Part shown: one piece after another, positions 12,201-26,000 of the stretch | Position numbering within the stretch: the first letter of the stretch is position 1 | How the letters are laid out: each line of letters starts with the position of its first letter | Made by a program: the position numbers and the translations under genes | Notes under the pieces: model-generated | Databases searched by the model: none | What the model was told of the DNA's origin: nothing | Seen by the model: the letters and a program-made list of their open reading frames with translations, nothing else | Source: Eledone cirrhosa | Taxonomy: Eukaryota | DNA: 64,000 nucleotides | NCBI GenBank assembly: GCA_964016885.1 | Contig: OZ024743.1 | Span: forward strand, 206,274,001-206,338,000 | Direction of reading: 5' to 3'

Positions 12201-15200
12201 TTTTTAAATATGATCTTCCCTTGGCTGGCGGAAAATCATCTCCCCTTGGACGCCTGGAAATTATCTCCCCTTGGAAGGATGGAAATTATCTCCCCTTGGA
12301 CGGCTGGAAATTATCTCCCCTTGCACTGCTGGAAATTATCTCCCCTTGGACGGCTGGAAATTATCTGCCCTTGATTTTGATTTTACAAATTATCTTCCCC
12401 TGATTTTTTTACAAATTATTTCCACCTGATTTTTTAAAAAATTATCTCCCCTTGGACGGCTGGAAATTATCTCCCCTTGGCTGGAAATTATCTCCCCTTG
12501 GACGATTAGAAATTATCTCTCTTTGGACGGCTGGAAATTATCTCCCCTTGATTTTTTTTACAAATTATCTCCCCCTGATTTTTTTTACAAATCTCCCAGT
12601 GATTTTTTTAAAAAGATTATCTCCCCTTCGCTGGCTGGAAATTATCTCCCCTTGGACGCTGGAAATTATAGCCCCTTGGAGGGCTGGAAGTTATCTTCCC
12701 TTGGAGGGCTGGAAATTATCTTCCCTTGGACGGCTGGAAATTATCTCCCCTTGATTTTTTTTACAAATTATCTCCTGATTTTTTTTTACAAATTATCTCC
12801 CCCTGATTTTTTTTTTACCAATTATCTCCACCTGATTTTTTTAAAAATTATTTCCCCTTGGACGGCTGGAAATTATCTCCCCTTGGACGGCTGGAAATTA
12901 TCTCCCCTTGGACGGCTAGAAATTACCTCTCCTTGGACGGCTGAAAATTATCTCCCCTTGGACGGCTGGAAATTATCTCCCCTTGATTTTTTTTACAAAT
13001 TATCTCCCCCTGATTTTTTTTACAAATTATCTCCCCCTGATTTTTTTTTACAAATTATCTCCCCCTGATTTTTTTTTACAAATTATCTCCTGATTTTTTT
13101 TACAAATTATCTCCCCTTGGCTGGCTGGAAATTATCTCCCCTTGGAGGCTGGAAATTATCTCCCCTTGGACGGCTAGAAATTACCTCTCCTTGGACGGCT
13201 GGAAATTATCTGCCCTTGGACGGCTGGAAATTATCTCCCCTTGGACGGCTGGAAATTATTTCCCCTTGATTTTTTTTACAAATTATCACCCCCTGATTTT
13301 TTTTTACAAATCTCCCCCTAATTTAAAAAAAAATTATCTCCCCTTCGCTGGCTGGAAATTATCTTCCTTTGGACGGTTGGAAATTATAGCCGCTTGTAGG
13401 GCTGGAAATTATCTCCCCTTGGACGGCTGGGAATTATCTCCCCTTGATTTTTTTACTAATTATCTCACCCTGATTTTTTTTTACAAATTATCTCCGCCTC
13501 ATTTTTTAAAAAAAATTATCTCCCCTTGGCTGGATGGAAATTATCTCCCCTTGGACGGCTGGAAATTATCTCCCATTGATTTCTTCTACAAATTATCTAC
13601 CCCTGATTTTTTTTTTACAAATTATCTCTCCCTGATTTTTTTTTACAAATATCTCCCCTTGGCTGGCTGGAAATTATCTCCCGTTGGCTGGCTGGAAATT
13701 ATCTCCCCTTGGACGGCTGGAAATTATCTCCCATTGATTTTTTTTACAAATTATCTCCCCTTGGCTGGCTGGAAATTATCTCCCCTTGGCTGGCTGGAAA
13801 TTATCTCCCCCTGATATTTTTTTACAAATTAGCTCCCCCTGATTTTTTTTTACAAATTATCTCCCCCTGATTTTTTTTTTTACAAATTATCTCCGCCTGA
13901 TTTTTTTAAAATTATCTCCCCTTGGCTGGATGGAAATTATCTCCCCTTGGACGGCTGGAAATTATCTCCCCTTGGAAGGATGGAAATTATCTCCCCTTGG
14001 ACGGCTGGAAATTATCTCCCCTTGCACGGCTGGAAATTATCTCCCCTTGGACGGCTAGAAATTACCTCTCCTTGGACGGCTGAAAATTATCTCCCCTTGG
14101 ACGGCTGGAAATTATCTCCCCCTGATTTTTTTTACAAATTATCTCCCCTTGCACGGCTGGAAATTATCTCCCCTTGGACGGCTGGAAATTATCTGCCCTT
14201 GATTTTGTTTTTACAAATTATCTCCCCCTGATTTTTTTTACAAATTATCTCCACCTGATATTTAAAAAAATTATCTCCCCTTGCACGGCTGGAAATTATC
14301 TCCCCTTGAACGGCTAGAAATTACCTCTCCTTGGACGGCTGAAAATTATCTCCCCTTGGACGGCTGGAAATTATCTCCCCTTGATTTTTTTACAAATTAT
14401 CTCCTCCTGATTTTTTTTTTACAAATTATCTACGCCTGATTTTTTTTAAAAATTATCTCCCCTTGGACGGCTGGAAATTATCTCCCCTTGGACGGCTGGA
14501 AATTATCTCCCCTTGATTTTTTTTTCCAAATTATCTCCCCCTGATTTTTTTTTTACAAATTATCTACCCCTGATTTTTTTTTCAAATTATCTCCCCCTGA
14601 TTTTTTTTACAAATTATCTCCCCCTGATTTTTTTTTACAAATTATCTCCCCCTGATTTTTTTTACAAATTATCTCCGCCTGATTTTTTTAAATATTATCT
14701 TCCCTTGGCTGGCGTGAAATTATCTCCCCTTGGACGGCTGGAAATTATCTCCCCTTGGAAGGATGGAAATTATCTCCCCTTGGACGGCTGGAAATTATCT
14801 CCCCTTGCACTGCTGGAAATTATCTCCCCTTGGACGGCTGGAAATTATCTGCCCTTGATTTTGTTTTTACAAATTATCTCCACCTGATTTTTTAAAAAAT
14901 TATCTCCCCTTGGACGGCTGGAAATTATCTCCCCTTGGCTGGAAATTATCTCCCCTTGGACGGCTAGAAATTATCTCTCTTTGGACGGCTGGAAATTATC
15001 TCCCCTTGGACGCTGGAAATTATAGCCCCTTGGAGGGCTGGAAGTTATCTTCCCTTGGAGGGCTGGAAATTATCTTCCCTTGGACGGCTAGAAATTACCT
15101 CTCCTTGGACGGCTGAAAATTATCTCCCCTTGGACGGCTGGAAATTATCTCCCCTTGATTTTTTTTACAAATTATCTCCCCCTGATTATTTTTTACAAAT

Positions 15201-18200
15201 TATCTCCCCCTGATTTTTTTTTTACAAATTATCTCCCCTTGGACGGCTGGAAATTATCTCCCCTTGGACGGCTGGAAATTATCTCCCCTTGGACGGCTAG
15301 AAATTACCTCTCCTTGGACGGCTGAAAATTATCTCTCCTTGGACGGCTGGAAATTATCTCCCCTTTATGTCTTCTACAAATTATCTACCCCTGATTTTTT
15401 TTTACAAATTATCTCTGCCTGATTTTTTTTACAAATATCTCCCCTTGATTGGCTGGAAATTATCTCCCCTTTGCTGGCTGGAAATTATCTCCCCTTGGAC
15501 GGCTGGAAATTATCTCCCCTTGGACGCCTAGAAATTACCTCTCCTTGGACAGCTGTAAATTATCTCCCCTTGGACGGCTGGAAATTATCTCGCCTTGGAC
15601 GGCTGGAAATTATCTCCCCTTGATTTTGTATACAAATTATCTCCCCCTGATTTTTTTTTACAAATTATCTGCCCCTGATTATTTTTTTACAAATTAGCTC
15701 CGCCTGATTTTTTTTAAAAATTATCTCCCCTTGGACGGCTGGAAATTATCTCCCCTTGGACGGCTGGAAATTATCTCCCCTTGAACGGCTAGAAATTACC
15801 TCTCCTTGGACGGCTGAAAATTATCTCTCCTTGGACGGCTGGAAATTATCTCCCCTTGATTTTTTTACAAATTATCTCCCCCTGATTTTTTTTTACAAAT
15901 TATCTACCCCTGATTTTTTTTTCCAAATTATCTCCCCCTGATTTTTTTTTTACAAATTATCTCCCCCTGATTTTTTTTTACAAATTATCTCCCCCTGATT
16001 TTTTTACAAATTATCTCCCCTTGGCTGGCTGGAAATTATCTCCCCTTGGAGGCTGGAATTTATCTCCCCTTGGACGGCTGGAAATTATCTCCCCTTGGAC
16101 GGCTAGAAATTACCTCTCCTTGGACGGCTGGAAATTATCTCCCCTTGAACGGCTGGAAATTATCTCCCCTTGGACGGCTGGAAATTATCTCCCCTTGGAC
16201 GGCTGGAAATTACCTCTCCTTGGACGGCTGGAAATTATCTCCCCTTGGACGGCTGGAAATTATCTCCCCTTGGACGGCTGGAAATTATTTCCCCTTGATT
16301 TTTTTTACAAATTATCTCCCCCTGATTTTTTTTACAAATATCCCCCTAATTTAAAAAAAAATTATCTCCCCTTCGCTGGCTGGAAATTATCTCCCTTTGG
16401 ACGGCTGGAAATTATAGCTGCTTGTAGGGCTGGAAATTATCTCCCCTTGGACGGCTGGAAATTATCTCCCCTTCATTTTTTTACTAATTATCTCCCCCTG
16501 ATTTTTTTTTACAAATTATCTCCGCCTGATTTTTTTAAAAAAATTATCTCCCGTTGTCTGGATGGAAATTTTCTCCCCTTGGACGGCTGGAAATTATCTC
16601 CCCTTTATGTCTTCTACAAATTATCTACCCCTGATTTTTTTTTTACAAATTATCTCTCCCTGATTTTTTTTACAAATATCTCCCCTTGGCTGGCTGGAAA
16701 TTATCTCCCCTTGGACGGCAGGAAATTATCTCCCCTTGGACGCCTAGAAATTACCTCTCCTTGGACAGCTGTAAATTATCTCCCCTTGGACGGCTGGAAA
16801 TTATCTCGCCTTGGACGGCTGGAAATTATCTCCCCTTGATTTTGTATACAAATTATCTCCCCCTGATTTTTTTTACAAATTATCTGCCCCTGATTATTTA
16901 TTTTACAAATTAGCTCCGCCTGATTTTTTTTTAAAATTATCTCCCCTTGGACGGCTGGAAATTATCTCCCCTTGGACGGCTGGAAATTATCTCCCCTTGG
17001 ACGGCTGGAAATTATCTCCCCTTGATTTTTTTACAAATTATCTCCCCCTGATTTTTTTTTTACAAATTATCTCCCCCTGATTTTTTTTACAAATTATCTC
17101 CCCCTGTTTTTTTTTACAAATTATTTCACCCTGATTTTTTTACAAATTATCTCCCCCTGATTTTTTTTACAAATTATCTCCGCCTGATTTTTTTAAATAT
17201 GATCTTCCCTTGGCTGGCGGAAAATCATCTCCCCTTGGACGCCTGGAAATTATCTCCCCTTGGAAGGATGGAAATTATCTCCCCTTGGACGGCTGGAAAT
17301 TATCTCCCCTTGCACTGCTGGAAATTATCTCCCCTTGGACGGCTGGAAATTATCTGCCCTTGATTTTGATTTTACAAATTATCTTCCCCTGATTTTTTTT
17401 ACAAATTATTTCCACCTGATTTTTTAAAAAATTATCTCCCCTTGGACGGCTGGAAATTATCTCCCCTTGGCTGGAAATTATCTCCCCTTGGACGATTAGA
17501 AATTATCTCTCTTTGGACGGCTGGAAATTATCTCCCCTTGATTTTTTTTACAAATTATCTCCCCCTGATTTTTTTTACAAATCTCCCAGTGATTTTTTTA
17601 AAAAGATTATCTCCCCTTCGCTGGCTGGAAATTATCTCCCCTTGGACGCTGGAAATTATAGCCCCTTGGAGGGCTGGAAGTTATCTTCCCTTGGAGGGCT
17701 GGAAATTATCGTCCCTTGGACGGCTGGAAATTATCTCCCCTTGATTTTTTTTACAAATTATCTCCTCCTGATTTTTTTTTACAAATTATCTCCCCCTGAT
17801 TTTTTTTTTACCAATTATCTCCACCTGATTTTTTTAAAAATTATTTCCCCTTGGACGGCTGGAAATTATCTCCCCTTGGACGGCTGGAAATTATCTCCCC
17901 TTGGACGGCTAGAAATTACCTCTCCTTGGACGGCTGAAAATTATCTCCCCTTGGACGGCTGGAAATTATCTCCCCTTGATTTTTTTTACAAATTATCTCC
18001 CCCTGATTTTTTTTTACAAATTATCTCCCCCTGATTTTTTTTTACAAATTATCTCCCCCTGATTTTTTTTTACAAATTATCTCCTGATTTTTTTTACAAA
18101 TTATCTCCCCTTGGCTGGCTGGAAATTATCTCCCCTTGGAGGCTGGAAATTATCTCCCCTTGGACGGCTAGAAATTACCTCTCCTTGGACGGCTGGAAAT

Positions 18201-19019
18201 TATCTGCCCTTGGACGGCTGGAAATTATCTCCCCTTGGACGGCTGGAAATTATTTCCCCTTGATTTTTTTTACAAATTATCTCCCCCTGATTTTTTTTTA
18301 CAAATCTCCCCCTAATTTTAAAAAAAATTATCTCCCCTTCGCTGGCTGGAAATTATCTTCCTTTGGACGGTTGGAAATTATAGCCGCTTGTAGGGCTGGA
18401 AATTATCTCCCCTTGGACGGCTGGGAATTATCTCCCCTTGATTTTTTTACTAATTATCTCACCCTGATTTTTTTTTACAAATTATCTCCGCCTCATTTTT
18501 TAAAAAAAATTATCTCCCCTTGGCTGGATGGAAATTATCTCCCCTTGGACGGCTGGAAATTATCTCCCATTGATTTCTTCTACAAATTATCTACACCTGA
18601 TTTTTTTTTTACAAATTATCTCTCCCTGATTTTTTTTTACAAATATCTCCCCTTGGCTGGCTGGAAATTATCTCCCGTTGGCTGGCTGGAAATTATCTCC
18701 CCTTGGACGGCTGGAAATTATCTCCCATTGATTTTTTTTACAAATTATCTCCCCTTGGCTGGCTGGAAATTATCTCCCCTTGGCTGGCTGGAAATTATCT
18801 CCCCCTGATATTTTTTTACAAATTAGCTCCCCCTGATTTTTTTTTACAAATTATCTCCCCCTGATTTTTTTTTTTACAAATTATCTCCGCCTGATTTTTT
18901 TAAAATTATCTCCCCTCTGCTGGATGGAAATTATCTCCCCTTGGACGGCTGGAAATTATCTCCCCTTGGAAGGATGGAAATTATCTCCCCTTGGACGGCT
19001 GGAAATTATCTCCCCTTGG
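9243..19019 (+). repeat. ~5.0-kb higher-order tandem duplication (copy 1 ~9243-14284, copy 2 ~14285-19019); a third, more diverged copy at ~19.9-25 kb
   Basis: ORF-track offsets of 4989-4994 (9920/14910, 10459/15449, 11031/16021, 12221/17210, 13191/18185). Shared private variants: CCGTTGTCTGG (~11572/16551), AAAAGATTAT (12611/17601), GACGGCAGG (~11725/16714). Third copy offset ~5710 (14910/20623, 15756/21467). Confidence 0.9.
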
Positions 19020-20004
19020 ACGGCTAGAAATTACCTCTCCTTGTACGGCTGGAAATTATCTCCCCTTGAACGGCTGGAAATTATCTCCCCTTGGACGGCT
19101 GGAAATTATCTCCCCTTGGACGGCTGGAAATTACCTCTCCTTGGACGGCTGGAAATTATCTCCCCTTGGACGGCTGGAAATTATCTCCCCTTGGACGGCT
19201 GGAAATTATTTCCCCTTGATTTTTTTTACAAATTATCTCCCCCTGATTTTTTTTACAAATCTCCCCCTAATTTAAAAAAAAATTATCTCCCCTTCGCTGG
19301 CTGGAAATTATCTCCCTTTGGACGGCTTGAAATTATAGCTGCTTGTAGGGCTGGAAATTATCTCCCCTTGGACGGCTGGAAATTACCTTTCCTTCGACGG
19401 CTGAAAATTATCTCCCCTTGGACGGCTGGAAATTATCTCCCCCTGATTTTTTTTTACAAATTATCTCCGCCTGATTTTTTTTTAAAAATTATCTCCCCTT
19501 GGCTGGATGGAAATTTTCTCCCCTTGGACGGCTGGAAATTATCTCCCCTTTATGTTTTCTACAAATTATCTACCCCTGATTTTTTTTTTACGAATTATCT
19601 CTCCCTGATTTTTTTTACAAATATCTCCCCTTGGCTGGCTGGAAATTATCTCCCCTTGGCTGGCTGGAAATTATCTCCCCTTGGACGGCTGGAAATTATC
19701 TCCCCTTGGACGCCTAGAAATCACCTCTACTTGGACAGCTGTAAATTATCTCCCCTTGGACGGCTGGAAATTATCTCGCCTTGGACGGCTGGAAATTATC
19801 TCCCCTTGATTTTGTATACAAATTATCTCACCCTGATTTTTTTTTACAAATTATCTGCCCCTGATTATTTTTTTACAAATTAGCTCCGCCTGATTTTTTT
19901 TAAAAATTATCTCCCCTTGGACGGCTGGAAATTATCTCCCCTTGGACGGCTGGAAATTATCTCCCCTTGAACGGCTAGAAATTACCTCTCCTTGGACGGC
20001 TGAA

Positions 20005-23000
20005 AATTATCTCCCCTTGGACGGCTGGAAATTATCTCCCCTTGATTTTTTTACAAATTATCTCCCCCTGATTTTTTTTTTACAAATTATCTCCGCCTGA
20101 TTTTTTTTTAAAATTATCTCCCCTTGGACGGCTGGAAATTATCTCCCCTTGGACGGCTGGAAATTATCTCCCCTTGATTTTTTTTTCCAAATTATCTCCC
20201 CCTGATTTTTTTTTTACAAATTATCTACCCCTGATTTTTTTTTCAAATTATCTCCCCCTGATTTTTTTTACAAATTATCTCCCCCTGATTTTTTTTTACA
20301 AATTATCTCCCCCCGATTTTTTTACAAATTATCTCCCCCTGATTTTTTTTACAAATTATCTCCGCCTGATTTTTTTTAATATTATCTTCCCTTGGCTGGC
20401 GGGAAATTATCTCCCCTTGGACGGCTGGAAATTATCTCCCCTTGGAAGGATGGAAATTATCTCCCCTTGGACGGCTGGAAATTATCTCCCCTTGCACTGC
20501 TGGAAATTATCTCCCCTTGGACGGCTGGAATATATCTGCCCTTGATTTTGTTTTTACAAATTATCTTCCCCTGATTTTTTTATAAATTATCTCCACCTGA
20601 TTTTTTAAAAAATTATCTCCCCTTGGACGGCTGGAAATTATCTCCCCTTGGCTGGAAATTATCTCCCCTTGGACGGCTAGAAATTATCTCTCTTTGGACG
20701 GCTGGAAATTATCTCCCCTTGGACGCTGGAAATTATAGCCCCTTGGAGGGCTGGAAGTTATCTTCCCTTGGAGGGCTGGAAATTATCTTCCCTTGGACGG
20801 CTAGAAATTACCTCTCCTTGGACGGCTGAAAATTATCTCCCCTTGGACGGCTGGAAATTATCTCCCCTTGATTTTTTTTACAAATTATCTCCCCCTGATT
20901 ATTTTTTACAAATTATCTCCCCCTGATTTTTTTTTACAAATTATCTCCCCTTGGACGGCTGGAAATTATCTCCCCTTGGACGGCTGGAAATTATCTCCCC
21001 TTGGACGGCTAGAAATTACCTCTCCTTGGACGGCTGAAAATTATCTCTCCTTGGACGGCTGGAAATTATCTCCCCTTTATGTCTTCTACAAATTATCTAC
21101 CCCTGATTTTTTTTTACAAATTATCTCTCCCTGATTTTTTTTACAAATATCTCCCCTTGATTGGCTGGAAATTATCTCCCCTTGGCTGGCTGGAAATTAT
21201 CTCCCCTTGGACGGCTGGAAATTATCTCCCCTTGGACGCCTAGAAATTACCTCTCCTTGGACAGCTGTAAATTATCTCCCCTTGGACGCCTGGAAATTAT
21301 CTCGCCTTGGACGGCTGGAAATTATATCCCCTTGATTTTGTATACAAATTATCTCCCCCTGATTTTTTTTACAAATTATCTGCCCCTGATTATTTTTTTA
21401 CAAATTAGCTCCGCCTGATTTTTTTTTAAAATTATCTCCCCTTGGACGGCTGGAAATTATCTCCCCTTGGACGGCTGGAAATTATCTCCCCTTGAACGGC
21501 TAGAAATTACCTCTCCTTGGACGGCTGAAAATTATCTCTCCTTGGACGGCTGGAAATTATCTCCCCTTGATTTTTTTACAAATTATCTCCCCCTGATTTT
21601 TTTTTACAAATTATCTACCCCTGATTTTTTTTTCCAAATTATCTCCCCCTGATTTTTTTTTTACAAATTATCTCCCCCTGATTTTTTTTACAAATTATCT
21701 CCCCCTGATTTTTTTACAAATTATCTCCCCTTGGCTGGCTGGAAATTATCTCCCCTTGGAGGCTGGAATTTATCTCCCCTTGGACGGCTGGAAATTATCT
21801 CCCCTTAGACGGCTAGAAATTACCTCTCCTTGGACGGCTGGAAATTATCTCCCCTTGAACGGCTGGAAATTATCTCCCCTTGGACGGCTGGAAATTATCT
21901 CCCCTTGGACGGCTGGAAATTACCTCTCCTTGGACGGCTGGAAATTATCTCCCCTTGGACGGATGGAAATTATCTCCCCTTGGACGGCTGGAAATTATTT
22001 CCCCTTGATTTTTTTTACAAATTATCTCCCCCTGATTTTTTTTACAAATATCCCCCTAATTTAAAAAAAAATTATCTCCCCTTCGCTGGCTGGAAATTAT
22101 CTCCCTTTGGACGGCTGGAAATTATAGCTGCTTGTAGGGCTGGAAATTATCTCCCCTTGGACGGCTGGAAATTATCTCCCCTTCATTTTTTTACTAATTA
22201 TCTCCCCCTGATTTTTTTTTACAAATTATCTCCGCCTGATTTTTTAAAAAAAATTATCTCCCCTTGGCTGGATGGAAATTTTCTCCCCTTGGACGGCTGG
22301 AAATTATGTCCCCTTTATGTCTTCTACAAATTATCTACCCCTGATTTTTTTTTTACAAATTATCTCTCCCTGATTTTTTTTACAAATATCTACCCTTGGC
22401 TGGCTGGAAATTATCTCCCCTTGGACGGCTGGAAATTATCTCCCCTTGGACGCCTAGAAATTACCTCTCCTTGGACAGCTGTAAATTATCTCCCCTTGGA
22501 CGGCTGGAAATTATCTCGCCTTGGACGGCTGGAAATTATCTCCCCTTGATTTTGTATACAAATTATCTCCCCCTGATTTTTTTTTACAAATTATCTGCCC
22601 CTGATTATTTATTTTACAAATTAGCTCCGCCTGATTTTTTTTTTAAATTATCTCCCCTTGGACGGCTGGAAATTATCTCCCCTTGGACGGCTGGAAATTA
22701 CCTCCCCTTAATTTTTTTACAAATTATCTCCCCCAGATTTTTTTTTTACAAATTATCTCCCCCTGATTTTTTTTACAAATTATCTCCCCCTGTTTTTTTT
22801 TACAAATTATTTCACCCTGATTTTTTTACAAATTATCTCCTCCTGATTTTTTTTACAAATTATCTCCGCCTGATTTTTTTAAATATGATCTTCCCTTGGC
22901 TGGCGGAAAATCATCTCCCCTTGGACGCCTGGAAATTATCTCCCCTTGGAAGGATGGAAATTATCTCCCCTTGGACGGCTGGAAATTATCTCCCCTTGCA

Positions 23001-26000
23001 CTGCTGGAAATTATCTCCCCTTGGACGGCTGGAAATTATATGCCCTTGATTTTGATTTTACAAATTATCTTCCCCTGATTTTTTTAGCAAATTATTTCCA
23101 CCTGATTTTTTAAAAAATTATCTCCCCTTGGACGGCTGGAAATTATCTCCCCTTGGCTGGAAATTATCTCCCCTTGGACGATTAGAAATTATCTCTCTTT
23201 GGACGGCTGGAAATTATCTCCCCTTGATTTTTTTTACAAATTATCACCCCCTGATTTTTTTTACAAATCTCCCAGTGATTTTTTTAAAAAAATTATCTCC
23301 CCTTCGCTGGCTGGAAATTATCTCCCCTTGGACGCTGGAAATTATAGCCCCTTGGAGGGCTGGAAGTTATCTTCCCTTGGAGGGCTGGAAATTATCTTCC
23401 CTTGGACGGCTGGAAATTATCTCCCCTTGATTTTTTTTACAAATTATCTCCCCCTGATTTTTTTTTACAAATTATCTCCCCCTGATTTTTTTTTTACCAA
23501 TTATCTCCTACTGATTTTTTTAAAAATTATTTCCCCTTGGACGGCTGGAAATTATCTCCCCTTGGACGGCTGGAAATTATCTCCCCTTGGACGGCTAGAA
23601 ATTACCTCTCCTTGGACGGCTGAAAATTATCTCCCCTTGGACGGCTGGAAATTATCTCCCCTTGATTTTTTTTACAAATTATCTCCCCCTGATTTTTTTT
23701 TACAAATTATCTCCCCCTGATTTTTTTTTACAAATTATCTCGCACTGATTTTTTTTTACAAATTATCTCCTGATTTTTTTTACAAATTATCTCCCCTTGG
23801 CTGGCTGGAAATTATCTCCCCTTGGAGGCTGGAAATTATCTCCCCTTGGACGGCTAGAAATTACCTCTCCTTGGACGGCTGGAAATTATCTGCCCTTGGA
23901 CGGCTGGAAATTATCTCTCCTTGGACGGCTGGAAATTATCTGCCCTTGGACGGCTGGAAATTATCTCCCCTTGGACGGCTGGAAATTATTTCCCCTTGAT
24001 TTTTTTTACAAATTATCTCCACCTGATTTTTTTTTACAAATCTCCCCCTAATTTTAAAAAAAATTATCTCCCCTTCGCTGGCTGGAAATTATCTTCCTTT
24101 GGACGGTTGGAAATTATAGCCGCTTGTAGGGCTGGAAATTATCTCCCCTTGGACGGCTGGGAATTATCTCCCCTTGATTTTTTTACTAATTATCTCACCC
24201 TGATTTTTTTTTACAAATTATCTCCGCCTCATTTTTTAAAAAAAATTATCTCCCCTTGGCTGGATGGAAATTATCTCCCCTTGGACGGCTGGAAATTATC
24301 TCCCATTGATTTCTTCTACAAATTATCTACACCTGATTTTTTTTTTACAAATTATCTCTCCCTGATTTTTTTTTACAAATATCTCCCCTTGGCTGGCTGG
24401 AAATTATCTCCCGTTGGCTGGCTGGAAATTATCTCCCCTTGGACGGCTGGAAATTATCTCCCATTGATTTTTTTTACAAATTATCTCCCCTTGGCTGGCT
24501 GGAAATTATCTCCCCTTGGCTGGCTGGAAATTATCTCCCCCTGATATTTTTTTACAAATTAGCTCCCCCTGATTTTTTTTTACAAATTATCTCCCCCTGA
24601 TTTTTTTTTTTACAAATTATCTCCGCCTGATTTTTTTAAAATTATCTCCCCTTGGCTGGATGGAAATTATCTACCCTTGGACGGCTGGAAATTATCTCCC
24701 CTTGGAAGGATGGAAATTATCTCCCCTTGGACGGCTGGAAATTATCTCCCCTTGCACGGCTGGAAATTATCTCCCCTTGGACGGCTAGAAATTACCTCTC
24801 CTTGGACGGCTGAAAATTATCTCCCCTTGGACGGCTGGAAATTATCTCCCCCTGATTTTTTTTACAAATTATCTCCCCTTGCACGGCTGGAAATTATCTC
24901 CCCTTGGACGGCTGGAAATTATCTGCCCTTGATTTTGTTTTTACAAATTATCTCCCCATGATTTTTTTTACAAATTATCTCCACCTGATATTTAAAAAAA
25001 TTATCTCCCCTTGGACGGCTGGAAATTATCTCCCCTTGGCTGGAAATTATCTCCCCTTGGACGATTAGAAATTATCTCTCTTTGGACGGCTGGAAATTAT
25101 CTCCCCTTGATTTTTTTTACAAATTATCTCCCCCTGATTTTTTTTACAAATCTCCCAGTGATTTTTTAAAAAAAATTATCTCCCCTTCGCTGGCTGGAAA
25201 TTACCTCCCCTTGGACGCTGGAAATTATAGCCCCTTGGAGGGCTGGAAATTATCTTCCCTTGGACGGCTGGAAATTATCTCCCCTTGATTTTTTTTACAT
25301 ATTATCACCCCTGCTTTTTTTTTACAAATTATCTCCCCCTGATTTTTTTTACAAATTATCTCCCCCTGATTTTTTTACAAATTATCTCCCCTTGGCTGGG
25401 TGGAAATTATCTCCCCTTGGAGGCTGGAATTTATCTCCGCTTGGACGGCTGGAAATTATCTCCCCTTGGACGGCTAGAAATTATCTCCCCTTGAACGGCT
25501 GGAAATTATCTCCCCTTGGACGGCTGGAAATTATCTCCCCTTGGAAGGATGGAAATTATCTCCCCTTGGACGGCTGGAAATTATCTCCCCTTGCACGGCT
25601 GGAAATTATCTTCCCTTGGACGGCTAGAAATTACCTCTCCTTGGACGGCTGAAAATTATCTCCCCTTGGACGGCTGGAAATTATCTCCCCCTGATTTTTT
25701 TTACAAATTATCTCCCCTTGCACGGCTGGAAATTATCTCCCCTTGGACGGCTGGAAATTATCTCCCCTTGATTTTTTTACAAATTATCTCCCCCTGATTT
25801 TTTTTTTACAAATTATCTCCGCCTGATTTTTTTTAAAAATTATCTCCCCTTGGACGGCTGGAAATTATCTCCCCTTGGACGGCTGGAAATTATCTCCCCT
25901 TGATTTTTTTTTCCAAATTATCTCCCCCTGATTTTTTTTTACAAATTATCTACCCCTGATTTTTTTTTACAAATTATCTCCCCCTGATTTTTTTTACAAA